64,000 nucleotides of DNA, taken from NCBI GenBank assembly GCA_963724765.1, contig CAVRVY010000002.1, forward strand, positions 32,001 through 96,000, given 5' to 3'. Positions 21,451 to 30,015 of the stretch are shown here, in pieces; the first letter of the stretch is position 1; each line of letters starts with the position of its first letter. This stretch comes from an uncultured delta proteobacterium (GTDB lineage: Bacteria; Desulfobacterota; Binatia; Binatales; Binataceae). Position numbers and translations under genes: made by a program. The notes under the pieces are model-generated. The model was not told the DNA's origin. It did no database searches and worked only from the letters and a program-made list of their open reading frames with translations.

Positions 21451-21942
21451 ATGGAAACCAAACAAGTGCCGCAAGCGGCGAGCGAAGAATCGCAGATGAA
21501 GTTCACTCTGGCGAAGCTGGCCGACGAAGACGTCAAGCTGAGGCAGCCAATCCTTGAGGCGGCCTGGGTCGCGGCCCGGCTTGTGCTCGACCCAGGCAAC
21601 CGTGAGTTGCGCGAACGCGCCGCCAAAGCATGGGCGCGGGTCGATTCCATCATCGTCAGACACCTCGGCAAGGAGGACCGGACCGTGTTCCCATGGGCCG
21701 AGTCGCTCGCGGAGTTTCCCCGCCATCTGGTCGATCGCGCACGTAAAAAGCACGAGCAGATCATGGCGTTGCACGATCTCATTGCCACGCATTCCTTTAA
21801 AAAGGGCGGCGATGACGAAGTCGCCGCCGATGGGCGCAACCTTTGCGTTTACGCGAACACGCTGGACGATCTCATAGCCGGCGAGGAACGCGAGCTGTTC
21901 CCCGTGATGCGCCGGGTGCTGTTCCGTCACCCGCAAACCTGA
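21451..21942 (+). CDS. hemerythrin-like (HHE) domain protein
   Basis: RHLGKEDRTVFP, KHEQI, GEERELFP; some His ligands appear missing. Confidence 0.7.
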   Translation: METKQVPQAASEESQMKFTLAKLADEDVKLRQPILEAAWVAARLVLDPGNRELRERAAKAWARVDSIIVRHLGKEDRTVFPWAESLAEFPRHLVDRARKKHEQIMALHDLIATHSFKKGGDDEVAADGRNLCVYANTLDDLIAGEERELFPVMRRVLFRHPQT

Positions 21943-21997
21943 GCCCCGGAACTTCCGTTTTGCCAACACCCGGCGTGCGAAGGAGGCCTATCCGAAG

Positions 21998-22205
21998 ATG
22001 ACCATCAAGCGAATCCTGGTGCCCACCGATTTTTCCGAGCCTTCGCTCAAAGCGCTCGACTACGCGATCGACTTCACACGAGCGCACAACGCCGAACTCT
22101 TGTTGCTCCACGTGGTCGAGCCCATCCGGCATACCCGGATGGTGCCCGACGTGGCGGCAATCCTGGAGCACCATCGCGCGGAGGCAGCCGAAAAAATCGC
22201 GGAGC
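21998..22205 (+). pseudogene. universal stress protein, N-terminal half
   Basis: KRILVPTDFSEPSLKALDYA; cut at ~22205 by the recombinase remnant. Confidence 0.85.
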
Positions 22206-22554
22206 TTCATTGCGCTGCGAATGAAGCGCCGGGGCGTGGAGATGCGACTCATAATCGGAGGCGCAGACGCCCCGCCGCGCAAGCCTGATGCTGCTCTGCT
22301 GAAAGCGATCGCGCTGGCCCATCGGTGGTTCGAGGAACTCACCTTGGGCCGAGCGACTTCGCTCGCAGCGATCGCCAGCAGCCAGGGCGTTAGCGATCGC
22401 TACGTCGCCCGCCTGATCCGGCTGGCGTTTCTCGCGCCTAAAATCGTCGAAGCGATCCACCGAGCGTGGAGAACTGGCCGATCTAAAACTCACCCCGCAT
22501 GTCGACCTGCCGCTAAACTGGACGACGCAGAAGCGAGTGGTCGGCCTCGAATAG
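22206..22554 (+). pseudogene. large serine recombinase C-terminal remnant (frameshifted)
   Basis: FIALRMKRRGVEMRLII...RLAFLAPKIVEAI, then in another frame DLPLNWTTQKRVVGLE*; paralogous to the end of 24592-26280. Confidence 0.85.
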
Positions 22555-22566
22555 ACCTATTGCTCC

Positions 22567-23394
22567 ATGACTAACGCCTCTAAAAACACAATTGTCAAGC
22601 TGCTGGCGGATGCTGGAAGTGCCTGTTTGGACTATCAGGATCGTTCGCTTCGCAATCTACCATCCAAGCGCGTTCAGGCCGATGAAATCTGGAGCTTCGT
22701 CTACTCGAAACAGAAGAATGTTCCCGAAGAAAAGCGCGGTCAATTTGGCTACGGCGACGTGTGGACGTGGACCGCGCTTGATGCGGACAGCAAACTAATC
22801 GTTTGCTGGCACGTAGGTACGCGCGATGCGGATGCGACCTACGAGTTCATGACCGATGTCGCGAGCCGCCTATCGAATAGGGTCCAGTTAACAACCGACG
22901 GCCATGCGGCCTATCTTAGCGCCGTGGATGCAGCTTTTAGTCGCGGCCCCGGTGTCGATTACGCTCAGTTGGTTAAAATCTATGGGACTTCGCCCGAAGC
23001 GCAGAGGCGTTACAGCCCGCCGATCTGCTTGGGTGCGCAAAAAAGCGAGATTCGCGGCACGCCCGATCCCGAGCACATATCGACCAGCTATGTTGAACGC
23101 CAAAACCTATCGATGCGGATGGGGATGCGCCGCTTTACTCGACTGACCAATGCCTTTTCAAAGAAGCTCGAAAACCATATGCACGCGCTCTCGATCTACT
23201 TCATGCACTACAATTTCGTCCGCATCCATCAGACGCTTAGGGTTACGCCCGCGATGGAAGCGGGCGTCACTGACCGGCTATGGTCGCTTGAGGATATCGT
23301 CGGGATTGCGGCGCTATCGAATAGCGTGCAACCGACTCCCAAAGGCCGCAGCCATTTGGACAACTTGAAAGGTGAAGTGTTACCAGTTTCGTAG
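22567..23394 (+). pseudogene. IS1-family transposase, probably truncated, no clear IS ends
   Basis: ADEIWSFV, TTDG, STSYVERQNLSMRM, RLTNAFSKK; short N-terminus. Confidence 0.75.
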
Positions 23395-23421
23395 AGCCTC
23401 GCTCCTAGACCAAGCCATAAA

Positions 23422-23443
23422 CGAAAGGGGCCGAGCCCTTTCG
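23422..23443 (-). terminator. rho-independent terminator
   Basis: Hairpin cgaaaggg-N6-ccctttcg followed by tttat on the minus strand, downstream of 23478-23762. Confidence 0.6.
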
Positions 23444-23477
23444 AGCTTCCGGCCACTCATCCGAAGTCGTGTTCGAA

Positions 23478-23762
23478 CTATTTCTTGACCTTCGCCTTCC
23501 TCGCCCGGGCCGCCGACCCATAGCGTTTACTGAAACACTTGCGGCATCGCCGATCCCGCCGCTTGATGAAACTCGGAGCCAGGTCATCGCTCCCGCAATA
23601 GCGGCAACCCAGTTTCCCTGATTTCGACTTGCTGCCCGCCTCCTTCCGGAGCGGCCGTGGGGACTCAGCCTTTTTCCGGACAGCTTTCTTCCCGGCCGAA
23701 GATGGAGAATGTCCGATCGATAGTTCATGCCCGCTTCCGTTCGCCTGTTTCGCGTGTTCCAT
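23478..23762 (-). CDS. small basic Cys4 zinc-finger protein
   Basis: CRYC...CRKC, Lys/Arg-rich; GGAG/GAGG upstream; own terminator. Confidence 0.65.
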   Translation of the reverse strand: MEHAKQANGSGHELSIGHSPSSAGKKAVRKKAESPRPLRKEAGSKSKSGKLGCRYCGSDDLAPSFIKRRDRRCRKCFSKRYGSAARARKAKVKK

Positions 23763-24128
23763 TCCCTCTAAATCTCCTTGAGCCGTAAGGGCTCGTCGGG
23801 ATGTTTGCTCTGGTCGGCGCGTGAAGCGAGTGGTTTCCCCGGTTTTTCCAACGTCATTCGCGCAGAAAAGGGAGAAGCCGGCTATTGGCCCGAATCGACA
23901 GTCTGATCGAGGCGATTGGAAGGCGAATGAAACCAGCGAAATCGCAGCAGAGAAAACGAGGTCTAATGAGAGCGTAAATGCCCAAGTCGCGCGCCGCGCA
24001 CGACTGGCTGTATGTCGCGAATCGAGCAATGTGTGTGTCATTGGGGCAGCAAATAGCGCGGCTCAAGGAGGAGCACATATGAGTTTTGAAGCCGAGTTGA
24101 AAGCCGAGAAGTGTCGAGAGAAACGACT

Positions 24129-24605
24129 ATGAAGCGACAGGTTCGGGACCGTGAAACCCTCGCGTCGGAAATTGCCAGCCTGTCGAAGCTAGGCATCGAC
24201 GAACTCCGCGAGCGCTGGAAAGCTATGTTCGGAAAGGCGCCGTCGCGCGATATCAGCCGATCGTTCCTGACGCGCGCGATCGCATATCGCCTCCAGGAAA
24301 AGGCTTTTGGCGGTCTTAAGCCCTCAACCCGACGCGTGCTGGCCGAGTTGGCCCATGATGGCGCTAACGAGTCGTCTTTGGCCGCGGAACCGTCTCGCAT
24401 CGTGCGGCCCGGCGCGGTGCTGGTGCGTGAATGGCGCGGTATCAGCCGTCAAGTAAGCGTTCTCGAAAAAGGATTTTGCTTCCGGGGCAAGCGTTATCGT
24501 TCGCTCTCGGGAGTCGCGCGCGAGATCACCGGGACTCGATGGTCGGGGCCGTTGTTCTTCGGCCTCAAGCGATCACAAGAGGAACGCCGCGATGGAACAC
24601 GCTAG
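24129..24605 (+). CDS. DUF2924 domain protein
   Basis: LRERWKAMFG, AIAYRLQEKAFGGL, PGAVLVREWRG, YRSLSGVAREITGTRWSGPLFFGL. Confidence 0.9.
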   Translation: MKRQVRDRETLASEIASLSKLGIDELRERWKAMFGKAPSRDISRSFLTRAIAYRLQEKAFGGLKPSTRRVLAELAHDGANESSLAAEPSRIVRPGAVLVREWRGISRQVSVLEKGFCFRGKRYRSLSGVAREITGTRWSGPLFFGLKRSQEERRDGTR

Positions 24606-26280
24606 GTCGCGAACACGACGCTGCGCGGTCTACACGCGGAAGTCTTCCGAAGAAGGGCTGGAGCAGGACTTCAACTCCCTGCATGCGCAGCGCGAGGCGT
24701 GTGAGGCATTCATCAAGAGCCAGACGGGCGAGGGCTGGCGGCTCATCAAGACCGCCTACGATGATGGCGGCCTTTCGGGCGGGACGATGGAACGTCCCGC
24801 CCTTCAACACCTGTTGGAAGATATCAGGCGGAGACTCGTCGACGTGGTGGTCGTTTACAAGGTCGATCGCCTCACGCGCTCGCTTGCCGACTTCGCCAAG
24901 ATGGTCGAGGTGTTCGACGCGCGCGGCGTTTCGTTTGTTGCAGTCACGCAGCAATTCAACACGACCACTTCGATGGGCCGACTCACGCTGAATGTCCTGC
25001 TTTCGTTCGCGCAATTCGAGCGGGAAGTAACGGGCGAGCGGATCCGGGACAAGATCGCCGCCTCCAAGCGCAAGGGAATGTGGATGGGCGGGGTATCGCC
25101 ACTGGGCTACGACGTCCGCGATCGCCGGCTGGTAGTCAATCGGCCCGAAGCCGTGACAGTGAAACACATCTACGAGCGATATCTCGAACTCGGTTCCGTC
25201 AGGCTCCTGAGAAACGATTTAAAGCGCCGCGAGATTGTCTCCAAAGTCCGGGTGTCGAAAAACGGCGTGCGATCTGGAGGTCGGCAATTCTCGCGCGGAG
25301 CTCTTTATGAGCTGCTGTCGAACCCGATCTACCTCGGCGAGATCCGCCACAAGAAGGAACGCCATCCAGGGCAGCACCAGCCAATAGTGAGCCGCGAGCT
25401 CTGGGAGAAGGTCCAACTGCGCTTGCGCGATCAAGCCGCCACGCATCGCGAACGCCCAACCAAGGCGCCGCCCAGCCCGCTCGCGGGTAAACTGTTCGAC
25501 GAGTACGGCGAGCCCCTGTATGTGCAGGGCGCGGTAAAGGGGACGCGCCACTATCGTTACTACGTCTCGCGTGGATTGGTCAGAGGGTCGGTACAAGATG
25601 AGCGGCGCGGGTGGCGCGTATCTGCACCGGAGCTTGAACGAGCCGTTCGCGCCGCGACTCAGCAGATTCTCGGTGATCGAGCGGCAATCGCCGGAGCGAT
25701 CGGGGAGCTCAACATAGATGCTAACCGATTGCCTTCCATCTTCAAGGTCGCCGAAGCTTGGATTCAAAGTCTGCGATCCGAAGCGGAAGCTGCATCAGCA
25801 CTGACCCGGCTGATCGAACGTGTCGGACTCAAGAAGGACGGCATCCAGATTTCTATCAAATTGCCGATCTCGTCCGATGAAGGGCGTGATGTCGCGACTC
25901 CGAACGAACCCGCGCTAAGTCGATTCGTTCCGATGCGGATGAAGCGGCGCGGCGTTGAGATGCGGCTGATCATTGATGGTGACGCCGCATCCTTAGCACG
26001 CATCGATCTACCGCTGCTCGACGCGACCGCCCGTGCGTATCGATGGTCCAACGATCTGTTGGCGGGTCGGGCGCGGTCGATCGGCGAGATAGCCAGGCGA
26101 GAACATCTTACGGCCCGTCACGTGCGGCGCGTGATGCGGCTGGCGTTCCTGGCGCCCAGGATTGTCGAGGCGATCGTCGAAGGCCGGCAGCCCGCAGACC
26201 TCAGCACTCTAGCGATGACCCAGAGAATCGAACTCCCCCCGCTCTGGAGTGCGCAGCAACAAGCTCTGGAATCCCGATAG
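24592..26280 (+). CDS. large serine recombinase (resolvase + recombinase domains)
   Basis: AVYTRKSSEEG (catalytic Ser), YKVDRLTRS, FAQFERE, PLGYD, NPIYLG. Confidence 0.95.
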   Translation: MEHARSRTRRCAVYTRKSSEEGLEQDFNSLHAQREACEAFIKSQTGEGWRLIKTAYDDGGLSGGTMERPALQHLLEDIRRRLVDVVVVYKVDRLTRSLADFAKMVEVFDARGVSFVAVTQQFNTTTSMGRLTLNVLLSFAQFEREVTGERIRDKIAASKRKGMWMGGVSPLGYDVRDRRLVVNRPEAVTVKHIYERYLELGSVRLLRNDLKRREIVSKVRVSKNGVRSGGRQFSRGALYELLSNPIYLGEIRHKKERHPGQHQPIVSRELWEKVQLRLRDQAATHRERPTKAPPSPLAGKLFDEYGEPLYVQGAVKGTRHYRYYVSRGLVRGSVQDERRGWRVSAPELERAVRAATQQILGDRAAIAGAIGELNIDANRLPSIFKVAEAWIQSLRSEAEAASALTRLIERVGLKKDGIQISIKLPISSDEGRDVATPNEPALSRFVPMRMKRRGVEMRLIIDGDAASLARIDLPLLDATARAYRWSNDLLAGRARSIGEIARREHLTARHVRRVMRLAFLAPRIVEAIVEGRQPADLSTLAMTQRIELPPLWSAQQQALESR

Positions 26281-26515
26281 ACTCACGCGGGCGTAATTGC
26301 TTGCGTCAGGTAGCGTTCTTCCCGAGAACGCTTCTCCGCAAAATGTCGGCCGGTGCGCAGATGGACATGCCAAAATCGCGAACAGAGAATTTTAAGCGAT
26401 TTTCACGCTCAGCCCCTGCCGTTGGCATTCTCCGCGTCCACGGCCGCGCGTGAATCGCGCCCCACGCGCCGATTTCATCGCTTCTCCATAATGTAGGGAA
26501 GCATGCCAGACTGTG

Positions 26516-26606
26516 TGGCGGAGAGGGGGGGATTCGAACCCCCGGAGCCACAAGGGCTCACGTGATTTCGAGTCACGCCGGTTAAACCAGACTCCCGAAC
26601 CTCTCC
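26516..26606 (-). tRNA. tRNA-Ser(CGA)
   Basis: Acceptor stem GGAGAGG/CCTCTCC-G-CCA, anticodon arm CGTGA-CTCGAAA-TCACG, long variable arm, GGTTCGAATCC T-arm. Confidence 0.95.
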
Positions 26607-26729
26607 GCAGAGGCAGCATTGATGTTTGCTCGGCCGCAGTCAAGCTGACGCTGGCGGCGGGCTCGCGGCGTTGCCCGGCGTCGTGCGGGTCTGATAGCTT
26701 CCGGCCACAGGCACCGGAAGAGGGTATCG

Positions 26730-28061
26730 ATGGCTTCCGCAGTAAAGACGGCTTTTAACTGGCGCGAGCAGTTGGGAGCCAAGCTGGTGACGCCCGAAGA
26801 GGCGGTTGCGCATGTTAAGTCGGGCGATCGGATCACCGCCTCGATTGCGCATGTAACGCCCTTCACTCTGTTCCACGCGCTGGCCGCCCGCCTGATGGAA
26901 ATCGAGCGGGTGGTCATCAGCTATAGCGCGGCGCTGTTCGCTTTCGACCTGCCGGGCGTGGGCGAGCGCTTTCGGCTGGAGTCGTTTTATCTATCGCCGG
27001 TGGATCGCCAGCTTTTCCGCGACGGGATGGGCGAGTTCGTGCCGGTCAGTTACTACCGCGCCGGCCACCTGCCGCCGGGATTCGACGACTTCAACGTCTT
27101 TCTAATGACCGTCTCGCCGCCAGACGCGAGCGGCGAGGTCAATTTCGGCGATTTTCAGATCATGTCGAAGCTGTGCGCGCGCAACGCCGACTTGGTGATA
27201 GCGGAGATCGACCCGCACTCCATTCGCATCTGTGGCGACAACTCGATGCACATCTCGGAGATCGACTACTTCGTCGAGCGCACGGTTGGGATGCCCGAGA
27301 TCACGGCCCCGCCGGCCTCCGAAGAGGAGCGCCAAACTGTCGATACGATCGGCGCGCTGGTCGCGAAGGAGCTGATTCCCGATCGCGCCACGATCCAGAT
27401 CGGCGTTGGCTCGACCTCCGGGATGCTGATGTCGCATCTGCGCCGCCATCACGACCTCGGGATGCAGACCGAGATCATCCCCGTCGGTAGCACTGAGCTG
27501 GTGCGCGAAGGCGTGCTGACCGGGAAGCACAAGAAGATTTTTCCGGGCCTGGTGGTCGGCAGCGGCTTCGCAACCGGCACGCCGCGCGAGCAGTTGGAAT
27601 ACGCCGACGGCAATCCGGTCTTTCAGCTCTACGACTTCAACTTCACCGACGACATCCGCACCATCGCGCGCGAGGACGGCCTGATCTCGGTCAACAACGC
27701 ACTGTGCGTTGACCTCACCGGGCAGGTCGGTTCCGAGTCGGTGGGCCATCAGATGTACACCGGCACGGGCGGGCAGATAGCTTTCGGCGTCGGCGCCTCG
27801 CTGGCCGGCGGCAAATCGATCATCGTACTGCCCGCAAGCGCACTCAGCGCCGGCAAACGCGTCTCGCGGATCACCCCGAGCCTCCCGCCGGCGACGGTCT
27901 TTACCCTGCCGCGCGCCTTTGTCCACTACGTGGTGACCGAGTATGGAGTGGCGAAGCTCGCAGGCAAGTCGCTACGCGAGCGCGCGCGCGAACTTGTGGC
28001 CGTCGCGCATCCCGACTTCCGCGGCGAATTGACCGCCGAGGCGCGCAGGATGTACGCGTGA
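26730..28061 (+). CDS. acetyl-CoA hydrolase / 4-hydroxybutyrate CoA-transferase family
   Basis: TIQIGVG, GMQTE, VDLTGQV, GTGGQ, VVTEYGVA, AHPDFR. Confidence 0.9.
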   Translation: MASAVKTAFNWREQLGAKLVTPEEAVAHVKSGDRITASIAHVTPFTLFHALAARLMEIERVVISYSAALFAFDLPGVGERFRLESFYLSPVDRQLFRDGMGEFVPVSYYRAGHLPPGFDDFNVFLMTVSPPDASGEVNFGDFQIMSKLCARNADLVIAEIDPHSIRICGDNSMHISEIDYFVERTVGMPEITAPPASEEERQTVDTIGALVAKELIPDRATIQIGVGSTSGMLMSHLRRHHDLGMQTEIIPVGSTELVREGVLTGKHKKIFPGLVVGSGFATGTPREQLEYADGNPVFQLYDFNFTDDIRTIAREDGLISVNNALCVDLTGQVGSESVGHQMYTGTGGQIAFGVGASLAGGKSIIVLPASALSAGKRVSRITPSLPPATVFTLPRAFVHYVVTEYGVAKLAGKSLRERARELVAVAHPDFRGELTAEARRMYA

Positions 28062-28107
28062 CGCAGGGCTGTGCGGCTCAGAACCCGATGCGCGTGACTC
28101 GAACGCG

Positions 28108-28338
28108 CTAGATCGGACGCGGCGTGTAGATTCCCTCGAATCCCGGCGGACGCCATCCGCCGTTTGCGCACACTAGGCAGACATTGAACTGTTTGTACTT
28201 GCCGTTTTCGCGGCCGAGCAGGCTGACCATGCTCTCGGTCGAGACGGCTTTGTTGCAGGCGACACAGGTCGCCGCCAGGGCTTTGTTGTCTTTGGCTTTT
28301 TCGCTGGGCATCGTGGCTAATCGGAGCGGCCTGCGCAT
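28108..28338 (-). CDS. small CxxC...CxxC hypothetical protein
   Basis: CVAC...CLVC. Confidence 0.55.
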   Translation of the reverse strand: MRRPLRLATMPSEKAKDNKALAATCVACNKAVSTESMVSLLGRENGKYKQFNVCLVCANGGWRPPGFEGIYTPRPI

Positions 28339-28371
28339 GGTTCAGCCGCGGTGCATGATTTCATAGTCCTT

Positions 28372-29527
28372 CTAGTATTGTGTCCCACAAATAACTTTAC
28401 AGGAGTGAGGCCCATCTGCTATGGTCCGGTGGAGGTTGAATGGGATGGGCAGGCCGAATGCAGCCTTGATGATTACTCAGTCGGAGCGGTCGCAACTGCG
28501 CTCGATCGTGCGTTCGCGCAGCCTGCCGCATTCGTTGGTGCGGCGCGCACAGATCGTGCTGCTGTCGGCCGCTGGCGCCGCCAACAGAGAGGTCGCCAGG
28601 CGCTGCGGGGTTAGTGCTCCGGTGGTCAGTCTGTGGCGCCAGCGTTATCAGCAACGCGGCATCGCCGGGCTGCACGCGGAACTTCGTCCGGGCCGACCGC
28701 GCAGCCATAGCGACGAACAGGTAGCGGGCTTGCTGCGCAAGGTACTGCACAGCAAGCCCGCCGTCGCCACCCACTGGAGCGTGCGCAGCGTGGCGGCGCA
28801 TACTGGCATCTCCAAGAGCACGGTCGCGCGCTACTTCGCGCTGTTCGGCCTGCAACCACATCGGAGCAAGAGCTTTAAGCTGTCCACCGACCCGTTCTTC
28901 GTCGAAAAGGTCCGCGACATCGTTGGGCTTTATCTTAATCCGCCGGACAACGCGCTGGTATTGTGCGTGGATGAGAAGAGCCAGGTGCAGGCCTTGGAGC
29001 GCACCCAACCAGTGCTGCCAATGGGGCTCGGTTATGTCGAGGGAGTGACTCACGATTACTATCGTCACGGCACTACCACGCTCTTCGCGGCACTGGACAT
29101 CGTCGACGGCGGGGTCATCTCCCAGTGCAAGCCGCGCCATCGCCACCAGGAATTCCTGAGCTTTTTGAAACATCTCGATGCTAATATGCCGGCCGATCTT
29201 GAACTGCACCTGATCGCCGACAACTACGCGACTCACAAGCATCCCAAAGTCAGAGCGTGGCTCGCCAGCCATCCGCGCTTTCACCTTCACTTCACGCCCA
29301 CCTACTCAAGCTGGCTCAACCAGATCGAGCGCTGGTTCGCGCTTATCACCCAGCAAGCGATTCGCCGCGGCTCGTTCCGCAACGTCCGGGAACTGGTGGG
29401 GAAGATCGACGCCTACGTGGCTCATTACAATGCCCACAAGCGGCCCTTCGTCTGGACTGCCACCGCCGACTCGATATTCAACAAACTCCAGCGCATCTGT
29501 AAACTTATTAATGGGACACAACACTAG
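28372..29527 (+). mobile_element. complete IS630-family element
   Basis: 31-bp imperfect inverted ends ctagtattgtgtcccacaaataactttacag / revcomp ctagtgttgtgtcccattaataagtttacag; CTAG (TA target) at both ends. Confidence 0.95.
28445..29527 (+). CDS. IS630 transposase
   Basis: CVDEKS, YYRHGT, IADNYATH, PTYSSWLNQIE. Confidence 0.95.
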   Translation: MGRPNAALMITQSERSQLRSIVRSRSLPHSLVRRAQIVLLSAAGAANREVARRCGVSAPVVSLWRQRYQQRGIAGLHAELRPGRPRSHSDEQVAGLLRKVLHSKPAVATHWSVRSVAAHTGISKSTVARYFALFGLQPHRSKSFKLSTDPFFVEKVRDIVGLYLNPPDNALVLCVDEKSQVQALERTQPVLPMGLGYVEGVTHDYYRHGTTTLFAALDIVDGGVISQCKPRHRHQEFLSFLKHLDANMPADLELHLIADNYATHKHPKVRAWLASHPRFHLHFTPTYSSWLNQIERWFALITQQAIRRGSFRNVRELVGKIDAYVAHYNAHKRPFVWTATADSIFNKLQRICKLINGTQH

Positions 29528-29528
29528 T

Positions 29529-29580
29529 TGCCTTGCTAATATGCCTTGCCAATATACCTTGCCGATGTACCTTGCCGACG
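29529..29580. repeat. 4 x 13-bp tandem repeat
   Basis: tgccttgctaata tgccttgccaata taccttgccgatg taccttgccgacg. Confidence 0.85.
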
Positions 29581-29617
29581 CGGCTCGCGCAATGGCGCGA
29601 GCGTTTGCGCGGCCATC

Positions 29618-29953
29618 TCAGCGGCTGGCGGAGCCGATCGCGATCCCGATGATCAGCGCGAACCCGACGATCACGGCAAGCGCGAGCCATCCGCCGACGC
29701 TGTGCGCGCGTTGCTGTTGCTCGGGGCTGATCGGAGTGTCGACGTGCGCCGAATGGACTCCGCTCCGGTAGCCGCTGTGCGAGGTGTAGTAGATTCCCGT
29801 GCCCGGGATGCCGACGGTGCGGCGCACGCCCCGCGGACCCATCGTGAGATGGGCGCCACGCACCCCGACGGTGAGACTTGGCCCCGACTTGGAGAGGTTG
29901 ACCGAGAGGCCCGGGAAGATTCGCAGCCGGCGGTAGAATCGAAAGTTGCCCAT
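29618..29953 (-). CDS. DUF4236 domain protein with C-terminal TM helix
   Basis: FRFYRRLRIFPGLSVNLSKSG...TVGIPGTGIYY. Confidence 0.85.
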   Translation of the reverse strand: MGNFRFYRRLRIFPGLSVNLSKSGPSLTVGVRGAHLTMGPRGVRRTVGIPGTGIYYTSHSGYRSGVHSAHVDTPISPEQQQRAHSVGGWLALAVIVGFALIIGIAIGSASR

Positions 29954-30015
29954 CGCGTCAGCGCCCGATTATAGACGAGCGCCGTGACTAATGCGCGAGC
30001 TATTGTGCGCGCGAG

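Noticed and set aside
1-26515. Second att site (tRNA 3'-end duplication)
   Set aside because: None found by eye; the island's far boundary probably lies outside the window.
26392-26758. Short ORFs overlapping the tRNA
   Set aside because: Spurious translations of tRNA-Ser.
29529-29580. Possible mini-CRISPR or iteron array
   Set aside because: 13-bp units are contiguous with no spacers; no cas or rep gene in the window.
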